Position numbers and translations under genes: made by a program. The notes under the pieces are model-generated. The model made no database searches, was not told where the DNA came from, and saw only the letters and a list, made by a program, of their open reading frames with translations. DNA of 64,000 nt from Candidatus Termititenax sp. (GTDB lineage: Bacteria; Margulisbacteria; Riflemargulisbacteria; GWF2-35-9; DYQY01): NCBI GenBank assembly GCA_020719045.1, contig DYQY01000004.1:268-64267 (forward strand). Reading direction: 5' to 3'. Below, piece by piece: positions 23,784 to 33,850 of this stretch. Within the stretch, counting starts at the first letter, position 1, and each line of letters starts with the position of its first letter.

Positions 23784-24359
23784 ATGAACAATATTATTCT
23801 TAAATCGTTTAAAGATTCAATTGCACTTAAAGAAAGCGTACTAAATAATAAAACTATTCTTAACGCAATAAGTGATACAACGAAGATTTGCATTAACGCA
23901 CTTAAAAATGGAAACAAAATACTAATTGCAGGAAACGGCGGAAGTGCAGCTGACGCTCAGCATTTTGCAGCTGAGCTTGTCGGTAGATTCTATTTAAACA
24001 GAAAAGGACTAGCAGCAATAGCATTAACAACCGACACCTCAATCATCACCGCAATAGGTAACGATTTCGGTTACGAACAAATATTCAAGAAGCAAGTAGA
24101 AGGTCTAGGAAAAGAAGGAGACATATTTTTTGGCATATCAACCAGCGGAAACTCAAACAACATAATGGAAGCAATTCATGAATGTAAGGATAAAAACATA
24201 AAGGTTATTGGGCTTACAGGCAAAGACGGAGGCAAAATGGCACCTCTATGCGATATTAATATCTGTATCCCAGGAATCATAACCCCACGAATACAAGAAT
24301 GCCATAGTTTAATTATTCATATCATTTGCGAGATTATTGAGAAAGAAATTTTCAGCTAA
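23784..24359 (+). CDS. gmhA: Phosphoheptose isomerase
   Basis: GNGGSAADAQHFAAE, ISTSGNS, TPRIQECH. SD GAAAGGA precedes ATG 23784. Confidence 0.95.
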   Translation: MNNIILKSFKDSIALKESVLNNKTILNAISDTTKICINALKNGNKILIAGNGGSAADAQHFAAELVGRFYLNRKGLAAIALTTDTSIITAIGNDFGYEQIFKKQVEGLGKEGDIFFGISTSGNSNNIMEAIHECKDKNIKVIGLTGKDGGKMAPLCDINICIPGIITPRIQECHSLIIHIICEIIEKEIFS

Positions 24360-24807
24360 TATTTTTTCTTTTTGTTTCAAAAAATGAAGTTAAAATACTA
24401 GAACATTTTTCAGTTGGATAGTAATCATATTTTACTTTGTGAATTAATTTATTATCATCAAAAAAACTATACTTACTTACAACACATCCTGCCTTAGGAT
24501 CTATTGCCCCAAAAACCACTTTAGCAATTCTAGATTGGATTATTGCACCAACACACATGATACAGGGTTCAAGTGTAACATATAGCTCACAACCATCTAA
24601 TCTCCAGTTGTTTAGTGCCTTGCAAGCAGATTGAATAGCATCTACTTCTGCGTGAAGCAACGCATTATTATCTAAAACTCTTTTATTTCTACCTTTTGAT
24701 ATAATACAGCCATCTTTAACGATAATAGCTCCAACTGGAACATCATCATGTTCTAAGCAGAGTAGGGCTTGTTCATAAGCAATATCCATATAGCATAGAT
24801 TTTCCAT
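24352..24807 (-). CDS. tadA: tRNA adenosine deaminase
   Basis: VPVGA, HAE, LYVTLEPC..C, DPKAG. Confidence 0.9.
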   Translation of the reverse strand: MENLCYMDIAYEQALLCLEHDDVPVGAIIVKDGCIISKGRNKRVLDNNALLHAEVDAIQSACKALNNWRLDGCELYVTLEPCIMCVGAIIQSRIAKVVFGAIDPKAGCVVSKYSFFDDNKLIHKVKYDYYPTEKCSSILTSFFETKRKNIS

Positions 24808-24830
24808 ATAAGTTCTCCTATTATACACCG

Positions 24831-24859
24831 TTGACAGTGATTTTTTAGCATGGTATATT
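24831..24859 (+). promoter_or_regulatory. Sigma70 promoter for the tRNA pair
   Basis: TTGACA-17 nt-TATATT with an extended -10 TG, 35 nt before tRNA-Val. Confidence 0.8.
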
Positions 24860-24893
24860 TTCTAAGCCTTTTAAAAAGGTGGTATTTTGTTTA

Positions 24894-24969
24894 GGGCGGT
24901 TAGCTCAGATGGGAGAGCATCTGGTTTACACCCAGAGGGTCGGCAGTTCGATCCTGTCACCGCCCACCA
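24894..24969 (+). tRNA. tRNA-Val(TAC)
   Basis: Acceptor GGGCGGT/ACCGCCC, anticodon arm TCTGG-TT TAC AC-CCAGA, TTCGATC T-loop, encoded CCA. Confidence 0.97.
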
Positions 24970-24980
24970 TAAATATTAGT

Positions 24981-25055
24981 GGCCCCTTCGTCTAGTGGTT
25001 AGGACACCAGGTTTTCATCCTGTAAGCAGGAGTTCGATCCTCCTAGGGGCTGCCA
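24981..25055 (+). tRNA. tRNA-Glu(TTC)
   Basis: Acceptor GGCCCCT/AGGGGCT, anticodon loop TT TTC AT, TTCGATC, encoded CCA. One mismatch at the top of the anticodon stem. Confidence 0.93.
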
Positions 25056-25075
25056 TTTAAATATTCTTTTAAAGA

Positions 25076-26485
25076 TTAACGAGTAGGGCTCATTTTGCTA
25101 ATAACATTAGTTGTTGAATAACCATCTACGAATTGAATAATTTCTACTTTCCCAGAAAACTCTCTTCCAACCACATCTTCTGCCTTATAGTCTCCACCTT
25201 TAACTAAAATATCAGGCGAAATACTCTTAATTAGCTCATAAGGAGTATCCTCATCGAAGATAGTTATATAATCTATAAAATCCAAAAAAGATAGTACTTC
25301 TGCACGATCCTGCTCATTATTAATAGGCCTATCGAAACCTTTAAGTCGCTTCACTGACGCATCGCTATTTAGACCTAAAACTAGAATGTCACCTAATTTA
25401 CTTGCTTCACGCAAATACGACAAATGACCTTTATGCAAAATATCAAAACATCCATTAGTAAATACAATTTTTTTTGATTTTTTCTTTTCATTATCAATAA
25501 TTCTTATTAATTCTTTTCTATTTAGTAGTTTTGTAGAAATATCATTCATTGCGGTAAGCAATTCATCTTTATATACTGGGGTAGTACCAAACTTGCTAAC
25601 AACAATTCCTGCTGCAATATTAGCCATTTTAACAGCATCTTCAATTTTCATACCTAACGCAATACCCAAAGAAACAGTTGCTATTACAGTATCACCAGCA
25701 CCAGAAACATCATAAACTTCTTTTGCCTCTGTTGGAAAATTAATTGTATGTTCTCTGGATATTAAAATCATACCTTTTTCAGACCGCGTAACAAGTAAAT
25801 ACTCAATATTAAATTTATTAAGTAAAGGTAGGGCGTATTTTTTGATTTCTTCGTCAGAATTAATGATAGTGGTACCAGAAACCTGTTCTAACTCCTTTAA
25901 ATTAGGGGTTATCATGTATGAACCATTATATTTATTCCAGTCATTTCCTTTTGGGTCAACTATCACTGGAATGCTATTTTCTTTGCACTTTTTAATAATT
26001 AATTGGCAACTTTCAGTAGTACAAGATCCCTTTAAGTAATCCGATATAATAAAAACAGAAATATCGTTATTAACTAACTTGCTTAATTTTTCTTCCAATA
26101 AACCAAACAATGAAGTATCAATCTTTAATGATTCCTCAAAATCTAGCCTTGTTATTTGTTGATGACCACCTATAACCCTAATTTTAGTGATTGTAGGATT
26201 CGTCATAGTTAAACTCTCTAATTTAACTCCTTCATTTTCCGTTAAAGATACTAAGTCCTTACCGTTCTTATCCTTTCCTATAAAACCAAGCAAAATCGGA
26301 GAATTTCCAAGCTTAGCTATATTATTAGCAACATTTGCCGAGCCACCAAGTGTCATATGCTCATTATTAACTTTTACAATTGGAACAGGAGCTTCAGGCG
26401 ATATACGGCTTACATTGCCAGTAAAATACTTATCAAGCATAATATCGCCATAAATTAAAATCTTCTTATTAGCTTTTAAATCCAT
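25076..26485 (-). CDS. hldE: Bifunctional heptose-7-P kinase / heptose-1-P adenylyltransferase
   Basis: GDIMLDKY, RISPEAPVP, DVSGAGDTV, FTNGCFDILH.GH, KGGDY. Confidence 0.96.
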   Translation of the reverse strand: MDLKANKKILIYGDIMLDKYFTGNVSRISPEAPVPIVKVNNEHMTLGGSANVANNIAKLGNSPILLGFIGKDKNGKDLVSLTENEGVKLESLTMTNPTITKIRVIGGHQQITRLDFEESLKIDTSLFGLLEEKLSKLVNNDISVFIISDYLKGSCTTESCQLIIKKCKENSIPVIVDPKGNDWNKYNGSYMITPNLKELEQVSGTTIINSDEEIKKYALPLLNKFNIEYLLVTRSEKGMILISREHTINFPTEAKEVYDVSGAGDTVIATVSLGIALGMKIEDAVKMANIAAGIVVSKFGTTPVYKDELLTAMNDISTKLLNRKELIRIIDNEKKKSKKIVFTNGCFDILHKGHLSYLREASKLGDILVLGLNSDASVKRLKGFDRPINNEQDRAEVLSFLDFIDYITIFDEDTPYELIKSISPDILVKGGDYKAEDVVGREFSGKVEIIQFVDGYSTTNVISKMSPTR

Positions 26486-26600
26486 TAACTAACTCCTTAT
26501 TCATTTAAAGATATTATGCTTATTCTACTAATATTTTGCAAGCGATGAGAGAGGCTCAATATCAACCAACCAAAAAGACAAGTAATTTACTAAATATTCA

Positions 26601-26628
26601 ATGTCGCATAATATATATTATGTAAAAT
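26601..26628 (+). other. dif-like XerC/XerD recombination site
   Basis: ATGTCGCATAA-TATATA-TTATGTAAAAT compared with E. coli dif GGTGCGCATAA-TGTATA-TTATGTTAAAT. The 11-6-11 architecture is intact. Confidence 0.8.
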
Positions 26629-26682
26629 ATCAATATTATTCTTTTATAGCCAAAACCCTTCTTGTTATTGATTAGCATAAAC

Positions 26683-26710
26683 TTATTCACAAAATTTTGC
26701 GTTATCCACA
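26683..26710 (+). promoter_or_regulatory. Two direct DnaA boxes
   Basis: TTATTCACA (26683-26691) and TTATCCACA (26702-26710) both match TTWTNCACA and are separated by 10 bp. Confidence 0.55.
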
Positions 26711-26822
26711 TTCACTCCTCAGTATCGACATTGTTTTATAATGAGAAATTTTGCCTTTTCATCCACCCAGCGATAATCTACAATTACCAAAGATAAAAAA
26801 CTTAAAATACAAGGGAGCTAAA

Positions 26823-28370
26823 ATGACAAAGTATCGTCCAGCACTTATTGCAATATTAGATGGTTGGGGAATCGGGAGAAAAGATAACAGCAATGCCATC
26901 TATCTTGCTAAGACTCCAAATTTAACAAGTTTCTTAGAAAAGTATCCTATGGCATCCTTAAAGACCAATGGACTCGATGTTGGACTTCCTGATGGAGTAA
27001 TGGGAAACTCGGAAGTTGGTCATCAAAATATTGGAGCAGGAAGAATTGTTTATCAATCATTAGCTAAAATTAATGTCGAAATAATGAATGGCAATTTTTT
27101 TAAAAATAAGGCAATTGATGACGCCTTTCAAAATGCGATAAAAAATAATTCAGCAATTCACTTTATGGGACTATTATCAGATGGTGGCGTACACAGTGAT
27201 ATTTCCCACTTATTTACCCTACTCCTAAAATCAAAAATAATGAATATGTCTAAGGTTTACATTCACGCCCTAATGGACGGAAGAGACACCTCCCCTACCT
27301 CAGGTATTAATTACATGGAAAAACTTGAAAATAAGATAAATGAACTTGGTGTAGGTGCAATAGCAACAGTTACAGGAAGATACTACGCAATGGATAGAGA
27401 CAATAATTACGATAGAAACATTTTGGCATACAATGCAATTGTTAATGGAACTGGAGAAACCCATACTAATCCAGTCGCCTTACTTAAGGAAAAATATAGT
27501 GAGGGAAGAACCGATGAATTTATTATGCCTACAAACATACTAGATACAAACGGTAAGATTGTTAAAATTGAGAATAATGATTCTTTTGTATTTTTTAATT
27601 TTAGACCAGACAGAGCTAGACAAATTACAAAAACTTTATTAAACAAGGTAAATGACGACCCAAAAAACTTATTCACTAATATTAAAACACCTAATATTTT
27701 CTTTGCAAGTTTCACGGAATATCAATCAGGATTAAATGAGAATGTTGCTTATCCTCCAGACTCTTTTAACAACACACTTGGGGAATTTCTCTCAAACAAT
27801 AACATGACTCAACTTAGAATTGCTGAAACAGAAAAGTATGCTCATGTTACATTTTTCTTTAACGGTGGTTCTGAAAAAGTATTTCCTGGTGAGGACAGGA
27901 TTCTAGTTCCTTCTCCAAAAGAAGTTGATGGCTACTACGACAGAAAGCCTGAGATGTCAGCTCCTGAAGTAACAGAGAAACTACTTGAAGCTATAAAAAG
28001 CGATAAATACGATGTAATCATCCTTAACTATGCGAACATGGACATGGTTGGACACACAGGTGTTATTCCTGCCGCGATTAAGGCAGTTGAAACAGTTGAT
28101 GATTGCATTGGAAAAGTAATTCAAGCCATACAAGCAAAAAATGGCATAGCTATTGTCACTGCTGACCATGGAAATGCTGACCACATGGCTGAAGCAGATG
28201 GTTCACCAATGACAGCTCATTCCATGAATCTTGTCCCAATGGTAATAATAACCAATGATAAGATTGAACTTAAAAAAGAAGGAAAACTGGCAGACATTGC
28301 TCCTACGCTATTAGACCTACTAGAAATCAAAAAACCAGAAGAAATGACTGGCGAGTCACTGTTAATTTAA
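26823..28370 (+). CDS. gpmI: 2,3-BPG-independent phosphoglycerate mutase
   Basis: ILDGWG, MGNSEVGH, DGRD, GRYYAMDRD, AETEKYAHVTFF, NMDMVGHTG, TADHGN. Confidence 0.97.
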   Translation: MTKYRPALIAILDGWGIGRKDNSNAIYLAKTPNLTSFLEKYPMASLKTNGLDVGLPDGVMGNSEVGHQNIGAGRIVYQSLAKINVEIMNGNFFKNKAIDDAFQNAIKNNSAIHFMGLLSDGGVHSDISHLFTLLLKSKIMNMSKVYIHALMDGRDTSPTSGINYMEKLENKINELGVGAIATVTGRYYAMDRDNNYDRNILAYNAIVNGTGETHTNPVALLKEKYSEGRTDEFIMPTNILDTNGKIVKIENNDSFVFFNFRPDRARQITKTLLNKVNDDPKNLFTNIKTPNIFFASFTEYQSGLNENVAYPPDSFNNTLGEFLSNNNMTQLRIAETEKYAHVTFFFNGGSEKVFPGEDRILVPSPKEVDGYYDRKPEMSAPEVTEKLLEAIKSDKYDVIILNYANMDMVGHTGVIPAAIKAVETVDDCIGKVIQAIQAKNGIAIVTADHGNADHMAEADGSPMTAHSMNLVPMVIITNDKIELKKEGKLADIAPTLLDLLEIKKPEEMTGESLLI

Positions 28371-29045
28371 TAGTAACTTATCTAGCAATTTAAACATAAT
28401 CTCATTAGCAGAAGAAACATAATCTTTTGCTAATGTTTTCATTGTTTGTGCATCCTGAATATACTTAGCCTCAACTAGCTCACTAGCACACGAATCGCAA
28501 AGAGAATTCACCGCGGCTTCATCGGTTTCAAGATGAAACTGCAGCCCCACAACTTTTAAGTTGAATACAAAACCTTGGTTCTCGCATGCCTCACTTGTAT
28601 ACAATTTAGTAGCTCCTTCAGGTATACTAAACGTATCTCCATGCCAGTGAAAAACATTAGGACCTTCTTCAATAGGAAAAAATTTCTGAGAACCAAAATT
28701 ACTAATAGGATACCAACCTATCTCTGTATACTTATTTCTTGTAACGACTCCACCAAGAACGCAGGACAACAACTGTGCTCCCAAACAAATACCAAGGACA
28801 GCGATACCCTGATCAATTACGTTCTTTATAAACACTTTTTCCTCGACCAACCAAGAATACTTATCTTCCTCGTATACATTCATTGAACCACCAAGAATAA
28901 TTAATAAATCAAAATCGATTATAACTGGCAGTCTTTGCCCGGAATACAACTCAGTACAAGTCACCTCAATATCATTTGAGTCTGTCCATTTACGTATACA
29001 AGCCAAGTCTTCAAATTTTTCGTGCTTCAAGTAATGTATTTTCAT
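28362..29045 (-). CDS. Class I glutamine amidotransferase-like protein
   Basis: GG.M.VYE, LGICLGAQL, WHGDTF, LQFHLE. Confidence 0.88.
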   Translation of the reverse strand: MKIHYLKHEKFEDLACIRKWTDSNDIEVTCTELYSGQRLPVIIDFDLLIILGGSMNVYEEDKYSWLVEEKVFIKNVIDQGIAVLGICLGAQLLSCVLGGVVTRNKYTEIGWYPISNFGSQKFFPIEEGPNVFHWHGDTFSIPEGATKLYTSEACENQGFVFNLKVVGLQFHLETDEAAVNSLCDSCASELVEAKYIQDAQTMKTLAKDYVSSANEIMFKLLDKLLLN

Positions 29046-30175
29046 TATATCTTCCAGTTCCTCAAGTGGCTTGGAACAGAGTCATTTGGTTTGTCCTTAA
29101 CGCGTTGCATGATATCCTTAATCTTAGTATACGACTCCCTGCTCTTCCCTGCCCTACTCAAATAACAACATGCATGAGCAAGATTAATCTCTACCTCTGG
29201 CATTCCGATTACTTCAGTCGCTGAGTATACAGCATTAGCAACAAGCAAGGCAGAGTGGTCTGATAGACCAACATCTTCTGAAGCGAAAATAACCATTCTT
29301 CTAGCTACAAACCTAGGGTCTTCACCTGAAAGAAGCATTCTAGCCATATAATACAACGCATCATCTTCTTTTCCAGCACGCATTGATTTGATGAAGGCAG
29401 AAATAAGGTCGTAGTGTTCATTTTCATCATAGTGGACCATTTTGTGCAAAATAACTTGCTCAATATCTTCATTTGTAAGAATAATTTCCGAACCAAAGTC
29501 AGCCTTTTTTGCAAGAACCATTAGCTCTAAATTATTCAATACCTGCCTAAGATCCCCATCAAAACTATAAATATACTTCTTCAAAACATCCTTATCTATT
29601 GTTATTGTCCAGTTCTTCAACAAAACATCCTTCTTAATTGCATTCTCAACAGCTTGTTTAATATCAAAAAAAGTTAGAGGCTTAAATTCAAACAGCTTAC
29701 TTCTTGAAACCAATGCAGAATTCAAACTATACAAAGGGTTAGCAGTAGTAGCTCCAATAAACTGAATAATGCCACTCTCAAGATCCTTCAACAAAACATC
29801 TTGTTGGCTTTTATTGAAACGATGTATCTCATCAACAAATAAAATAGTTTTCTTTCTATAATAAGAAAAATCTTTCTTTGCCTCTTCAATAACGACTCGG
29901 ACATCGGAGACTTTACTTTCTACTGCGTTTAAATCAATAAACTTTGACTCAGTCCTGTTTGCAATAATTCTGGCTAAACTTGTTTTCCCAGTACCAGGAG
30001 GACCAAAAAATATTAATGAACCTATTCTATCAGCATCAATTAATTTTCTTAGCAACTTGCCCTCACCAACAATTTCACCTTGCCCAACAAAATCACTAAA
30101 AGATGTAGGAGCCATTCGATAAGCTAGTGGCTTTCTTGTGTCATTATCAATAGAAGAGGTAAAAAGGTCAGACAT
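29045..30175 (-). CDS. rarA: Replication-associated recombination protein A (MgsA)
   Basis: PLA.RM.P, GPPGTGKT, DEIHRFNK.QQD, YDLISAFIKSMR, ASEDVG. Confidence 0.93.
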   Translation of the reverse strand: MSDLFTSSIDNDTRKPLAYRMAPTSFSDFVGQGEIVGEGKLLRKLIDADRIGSLIFFGPPGTGKTSLARIIANRTESKFIDLNAVESKVSDVRVVIEEAKKDFSYYRKKTILFVDEIHRFNKSQQDVLLKDLESGIIQFIGATTANPLYSLNSALVSRSKLFEFKPLTFFDIKQAVENAIKKDVLLKNWTITIDKDVLKKYIYSFDGDLRQVLNNLELMVLAKKADFGSEIILTNEDIEQVILHKMVHYDENEHYDLISAFIKSMRAGKEDDALYYMARMLLSGEDPRFVARRMVIFASEDVGLSDHSALLVANAVYSATEVIGMPEVEINLAHACCYLSRAGKSRESYTKIKDIMQRVKDKPNDSVPSHLRNWKI

Positions 30176-30937
30176 TTATATTATTACTAACTCTACTGGA
30201 CAATGATCAGAGCCATAGACATTCTTATGTATACAGACATCAGTCACGCGATTAAACATTTGTTTACTTACTAAAAAATGATCAATTCTCCACCCTATAT
30301 TCCTAGCTCTTGCGTTTGCCATGTAGCTCCACCAAGTATACTCTTTTGACTCAGGGTACAAACTCCTGTATGCATCAACAAAGCCTGAACTTAAATAATT
30401 TCTAAACCCATCCCTTTCCTCATCCGTAAAACCTGCATTCATTCTATTAGTTTTGGGATTAGTTAAATCAATCTCTTCAGGAGCAACATTTAAATCACCA
30501 CAAACTATTACTGGCTTAATTTTATTTAAGCCTAAAAGAAAGCTCAAAAAATCTTTGTCCCATTCATTGTGACGATAATCTAAACGCAACAATTCTCTCT
30601 TAGAGTTTGGAGTGTATACATCCACCAAATAGAAATCAGGCAAGTCCAAGGTAATCACTCTACCCTCGTTATCATGCTTTTGTATACCAATGCCATAAAT
30701 AACTTCATATGGTTCTATTTTAGATGCAATACATGTACCAGAATAACCCTTTTTCTCAGCACTATTCCAGTATATAAACGGATACCCTAGCTCCGAAAAA
30801 TCTATTTCTACCTGATCTTCAGTAGCTTTAGTTTCTTGTATACATAAGATATCGGGATTATACGTGCTTACATATTGAGAAAATCCTTTATTAAGTACAG
30901 CCCTTATACCATTAACATTCCAGGTGTGTATACGCAT
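30176..30937 (-). CDS. xth: Exodeoxyribonuclease III / AP endonuclease
   Basis: [36 protein letters not shown]. Confidence 0.95.
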   Translation of the reverse strand: MRIHTWNVNGIRAVLNKGFSQYVSTYNPDILCIQETKATEDQVEIDFSELGYPFIYWNSAEKKGYSGTCIASKIEPYEVIYGIGIQKHDNEGRVITLDLPDFYLVDVYTPNSKRELLRLDYRHNEWDKDFLSFLLGLNKIKPVIVCGDLNVAPEEIDLTNPKTNRMNAGFTDEERDGFRNYLSSGFVDAYRSLYPESKEYTWWSYMANARARNIGWRIDHFLVSKQMFNRVTDVCIHKNVYGSDHCPVELVII

Positions 30938-31620
30938 TATAAATAGTACTTTCTAGTAGGATTTAAAAATTCATCTAGCTCGTATACTAAAGGCACACCA
31001 GTAGGAATATTTAAATCCATAACCTCATCGTTCGTCATATTATCAAGAATCATAACAAGCGCTCTCAAGCTATTACCATGACCAGAAATTATGACTCTTT
31101 TACCATTTTTAATCATTGGACAAATTTCATTTTGATAATACGGAACTACCCTATTAATAGTCATCTCTAAATTTTCACAAACAGGCAACTCTTTTTTTGA
31201 AATACCTGCATACAAAGAATCATTACCAGGATATCTGTCATCATCTAACGTTACAGCTGGTGGTAATTCAGAGATACTTCTTCTCCACTTATGGACTTGT
31301 TCTTCACCATATTTCTCAGCAGTTTGCTTTTTATTTAAACCTTGCAAAGCTCCATAATGTCTTTCATTGAGCTTATAGCTTTTAATAACTTCAAGTGAAT
31401 CCAAATTAAGCTCTGAAAGTATAATTTCAAGAGTTTTCTGAGCTCTTAAAAGATAGGAAGTATAAGCAATATCAAAGCTGTAACCATTACTTAATAGCTT
31501 CTTGCCAGCTTCATGAGCTTCCTGTATACCTTTATCCGACAAATCAACATCGGTCCAGCCAGTGAATCTATTTTCTAGATTCCAAATGCTCTCACCATGT
31601 CTAACTAAAACAAGCTTCAT
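30937..31620 (-). CDS. gpmA: 2,3-BPG-dependent phosphoglycerate mutase
   Basis: [46 protein letters not shown]. Confidence 0.96.
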   Translation of the reverse strand: MKLVLVRHGESIWNLENRFTGWTDVDLSDKGIQEAHEAGKKLLSNGYSFDIAYTSYLLRAQKTLEIILSELNLDSLEVIKSYKLNERHYGALQGLNKKQTAEKYGEEQVHKWRRSISELPPAVTLDDDRYPGNDSLYAGISKKELPVCENLEMTINRVVPYYQNEICPMIKNGKRVIISGHGNSLRALVMILDNMTNDEVMDLNIPTGVPLVYELDEFLNPTRKYYL

Positions 31621-31622
31621 GT

Positions 31623-32606
31623 TTATGAGCTTAATTTATTAAACATATCAATGGTTGTATCAGATATTGTTTTTTTCTTTTCCCATGTTTCAGCTAGTGG
31701 CACATAATTAACACACTCATTCATGCATGTATACCCTACCATAATACCAGACATCCCTCTATCCATTGCCATAACAGCTTCGTAACCAAGCCTGCTAGCT
31801 ACAACTCTATCCATAGCGCTTGGAGCACCACCACGTTGAAGGTGACCTAAAATGGACACTCGAATATCCCAACTTTCACCCAAGTCTCTTTGCAGTAAGT
31901 CTTTAATAGCAAATCCACCACCAAGCTCGTCCCCCTCAGCTACGATAACAATAAAGCTTTTTTTGCCTTTTTTCTTACCTTCTTGTAACTTTTGAAGAAT
32001 ATAAGGATACTCATCTTTACTCTCTGGTATAAAAACACCTTCTGCACCTGAAGATATTCCTGTATACATAGCCAGATAGCCAGAATGTCTTCCCATTACT
32101 TCAATAATAAACAATCTATCATGTGAAGTTGCTGTATCTCTTATTTTATCTATACATTCTACTGCTGTATTAAGTGCTGTATCGTATCCAATTGTATACT
32201 CTGTCCCATACAAATCATTATCGATTGTTCCTGGCACCCCAATTCCTTGTATGCCATTCTCAAGAATAATATCATTCAGTCCTCTAAAAGACCCGTCTCC
32301 ACCTATAACAATTAGCTTATTAATTCCTCTTGAAGCCATGTGCTCATAAGCAACTCTTCTGCCTTCTTCTGTTTTAAAACGTTTACTTCTTGCAGTTTGA
32401 ATAAATGTACCACCTCTATTAAGAGTGTTTCCTACTGAACGAATATCCAGCTCCTCAAACCAGCCATTAATTAAACCTTCATATCCTCTTCTTACCCCAA
32501 TAATATCATACCCAATACCAATTGCTGTTCTTACTACTGCTCTAACAGCCGCATTCATCCCAGGACCATCTCCTCCGCTCGTTAAAACTGCAATCGTATC
32601 TTTCAT
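31623..32606 (-). CDS. pfkA: ATP-dependent 6-phosphofructokinase
   Basis: [36 protein letters not shown]. Confidence 0.96.
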   Translation of the reverse strand: MKDTIAVLTSGGDGPGMNAAVRAVVRTAIGIGYDIIGVRRGYEGLINGWFEELDIRSVGNTLNRGGTFIQTARSKRFKTEEGRRVAYEHMASRGINKLIVIGGDGSFRGLNDIILENGIQGIGVPGTIDNDLYGTEYTIGYDTALNTAVECIDKIRDTATSHDRLFIIEVMGRHSGYLAMYTGISSGAEGVFIPESKDEYPYILQKLQEGKKKGKKSFIVIVAEGDELGGGFAIKDLLQRDLGESWDIRVSILGHLQRGGAPSAMDRVVASRLGYEAVMAMDRGMSGIMVGYTCMNECVNYVPLAETWEKKKTISDTTIDMFNKLSS

Positions 32607-32615
32607 GATATCCCC

Positions 32616-33695
32616 CTATTTGTTATTATTTTCAAATTTTTGCATAAAATCAACTAATTTCTGAACACCAGCAGTTGGCATAGCATTATAAATACTTGCT
32701 CTCATACCACCTACGCTTCTATGCCCTTTAAGATTAACTAACCCTAAGATATCAGCTTCTGCCAAAAACTTACTATCCAACTCATCGCTACCAGTTAAAA
32801 ATGGCACATTCATTAATGATCGATCACTTTTGTTTACTGGTGATTTAAATAACTTTGAGTTATCAATGAAGTCATACAAAATTTTTGCTTTTTCTTCATT
32901 TCTTTTCTGTGCAGCTTTAACTCCACCTTTAGCTAGTAAATCCTCAAAAACTAACCCTGCTAGATACACACCATAAGTTGGAGGTGTATTTAACATTGAT
33001 TCTTCTTTATCCGTTGCACTATAACTATACAATTTCGGGGTAATACTCATTTCCTTACCCATTAAAGATCTCTTAACAATTACTATACATAAACCGGCTG
33101 GACCTATATTTTTTTGAGCACCAGCAAAAATACATGCATAATCATTTACGTTAATTTCCTCAGATAGAATAGATGATGACATATCAGAAACTATTGGCAC
33201 GTTTGTTTTAGGTAATTTATTATATTTTGTTCCATAAATTGTATTGTTAGAAACAATATGTAAATAATCTACATTACTAGGTATTTGAAGTTTATCAACA
33301 TCAGGGATAAAAGTGAAATTCTGTTCCTTTGAAGAAGCGATAACATCTACTTCCACAAATCTCTTTCCCTCTTCAATTGCCTTATCAGACCAAGCACCAG
33401 TATTAACGACAGCAATACGTTTATGATTGACTGCTAAATTCATTGGTACTGCAGCAAACTGTGCACTTGCTCCACCTTGCATAAACAGAACGGCATAGTC
33501 ATCAGAAATATTCATTAGTTTCCTCAAATTTGCTTCTGTTGTTTTAATAATCTTATCATAAACTTTTGATCTATGAGACATCTCCATTACAGACATTCCA
33601 GTCCCTTTGTAATCAAGCATTTCTTTTTGGGCTATTTCTAAAACCTCTTGTGGTAATATTGCTGGACCTGCGCTGAAATTATATACTCTTGTCAT
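32616..33695 (-). CDS. serC: Phosphoserine aminotransferase
   Basis: NFSAGPA.LP, MEMSHRS, AGAQKNIGPAG, GHRSVGGMRASIYNA. Confidence 0.97.
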   Translation of the reverse strand: MTRVYNFSAGPAILPQEVLEIAQKEMLDYKGTGMSVMEMSHRSKVYDKIIKTTEANLRKLMNISDDYAVLFMQGGASAQFAAVPMNLAVNHKRIAVVNTGAWSDKAIEEGKRFVEVDVIASSKEQNFTFIPDVDKLQIPSNVDYLHIVSNNTIYGTKYNKLPKTNVPIVSDMSSSILSEEINVNDYACIFAGAQKNIGPAGLCIVIVKRSLMGKEMSITPKLYSYSATDKEESMLNTPPTYGVYLAGLVFEDLLAKGGVKAAQKRNEEKAKILYDFIDNSKLFKSPVNKSDRSLMNVPFLTGSDELDSKFLAEADILGLVNLKGHRSVGGMRASIYNAMPTAGVQKLVDFMQKFENNNK

Positions 33696-33773
33696 CTTAA
33701 ACAACTCCTTAATTAATTATAATTAGATTATAGGACTTTTTAAAAAAACAATAAATGGGAAATAATAAAAAAA

Positions 33774-33850
33774 TGGCGTCCTCGGCGCGAATTGAACGCA
33801 CGACCTTTCGCTTAGGAGGCGAACGCTCTATCCAACTGAGCTACGAGGAC
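33774..33850 (-). tRNA. tRNA-Arg(CCT)
   Basis: Minus strand reads GTCCTCG TA GCTC AGTTGGATA GAGC G TTCGC CT CCT AA GCGAA AGGTC GTGCG TTCAATT CGCGC CGAGGAC G CCA. Confidence 0.96.

Noticed and set aside
24981-25055. tRNA-Glu considered as a pseudogene because of a C-T mismatch in the anticodon stem
   Set aside because: A single mismatch at the top pair is tolerated. The other arms, the CCA end and the promoter are intact.
26486-26822. Intergenic region considered as oriC
   Set aside because: Only two DnaA boxes, no dnaA/dnaN nearby, and the wider gene orientation converges on this region rather than diverging from it.
28362-29045. GATase considered as the missing PurQ
   Set aside because: It lacks PurQ signatures (FPG.NC, GGFSYGD, MPHPER) and resembles stand-alone GuaA-like amidotransferases.
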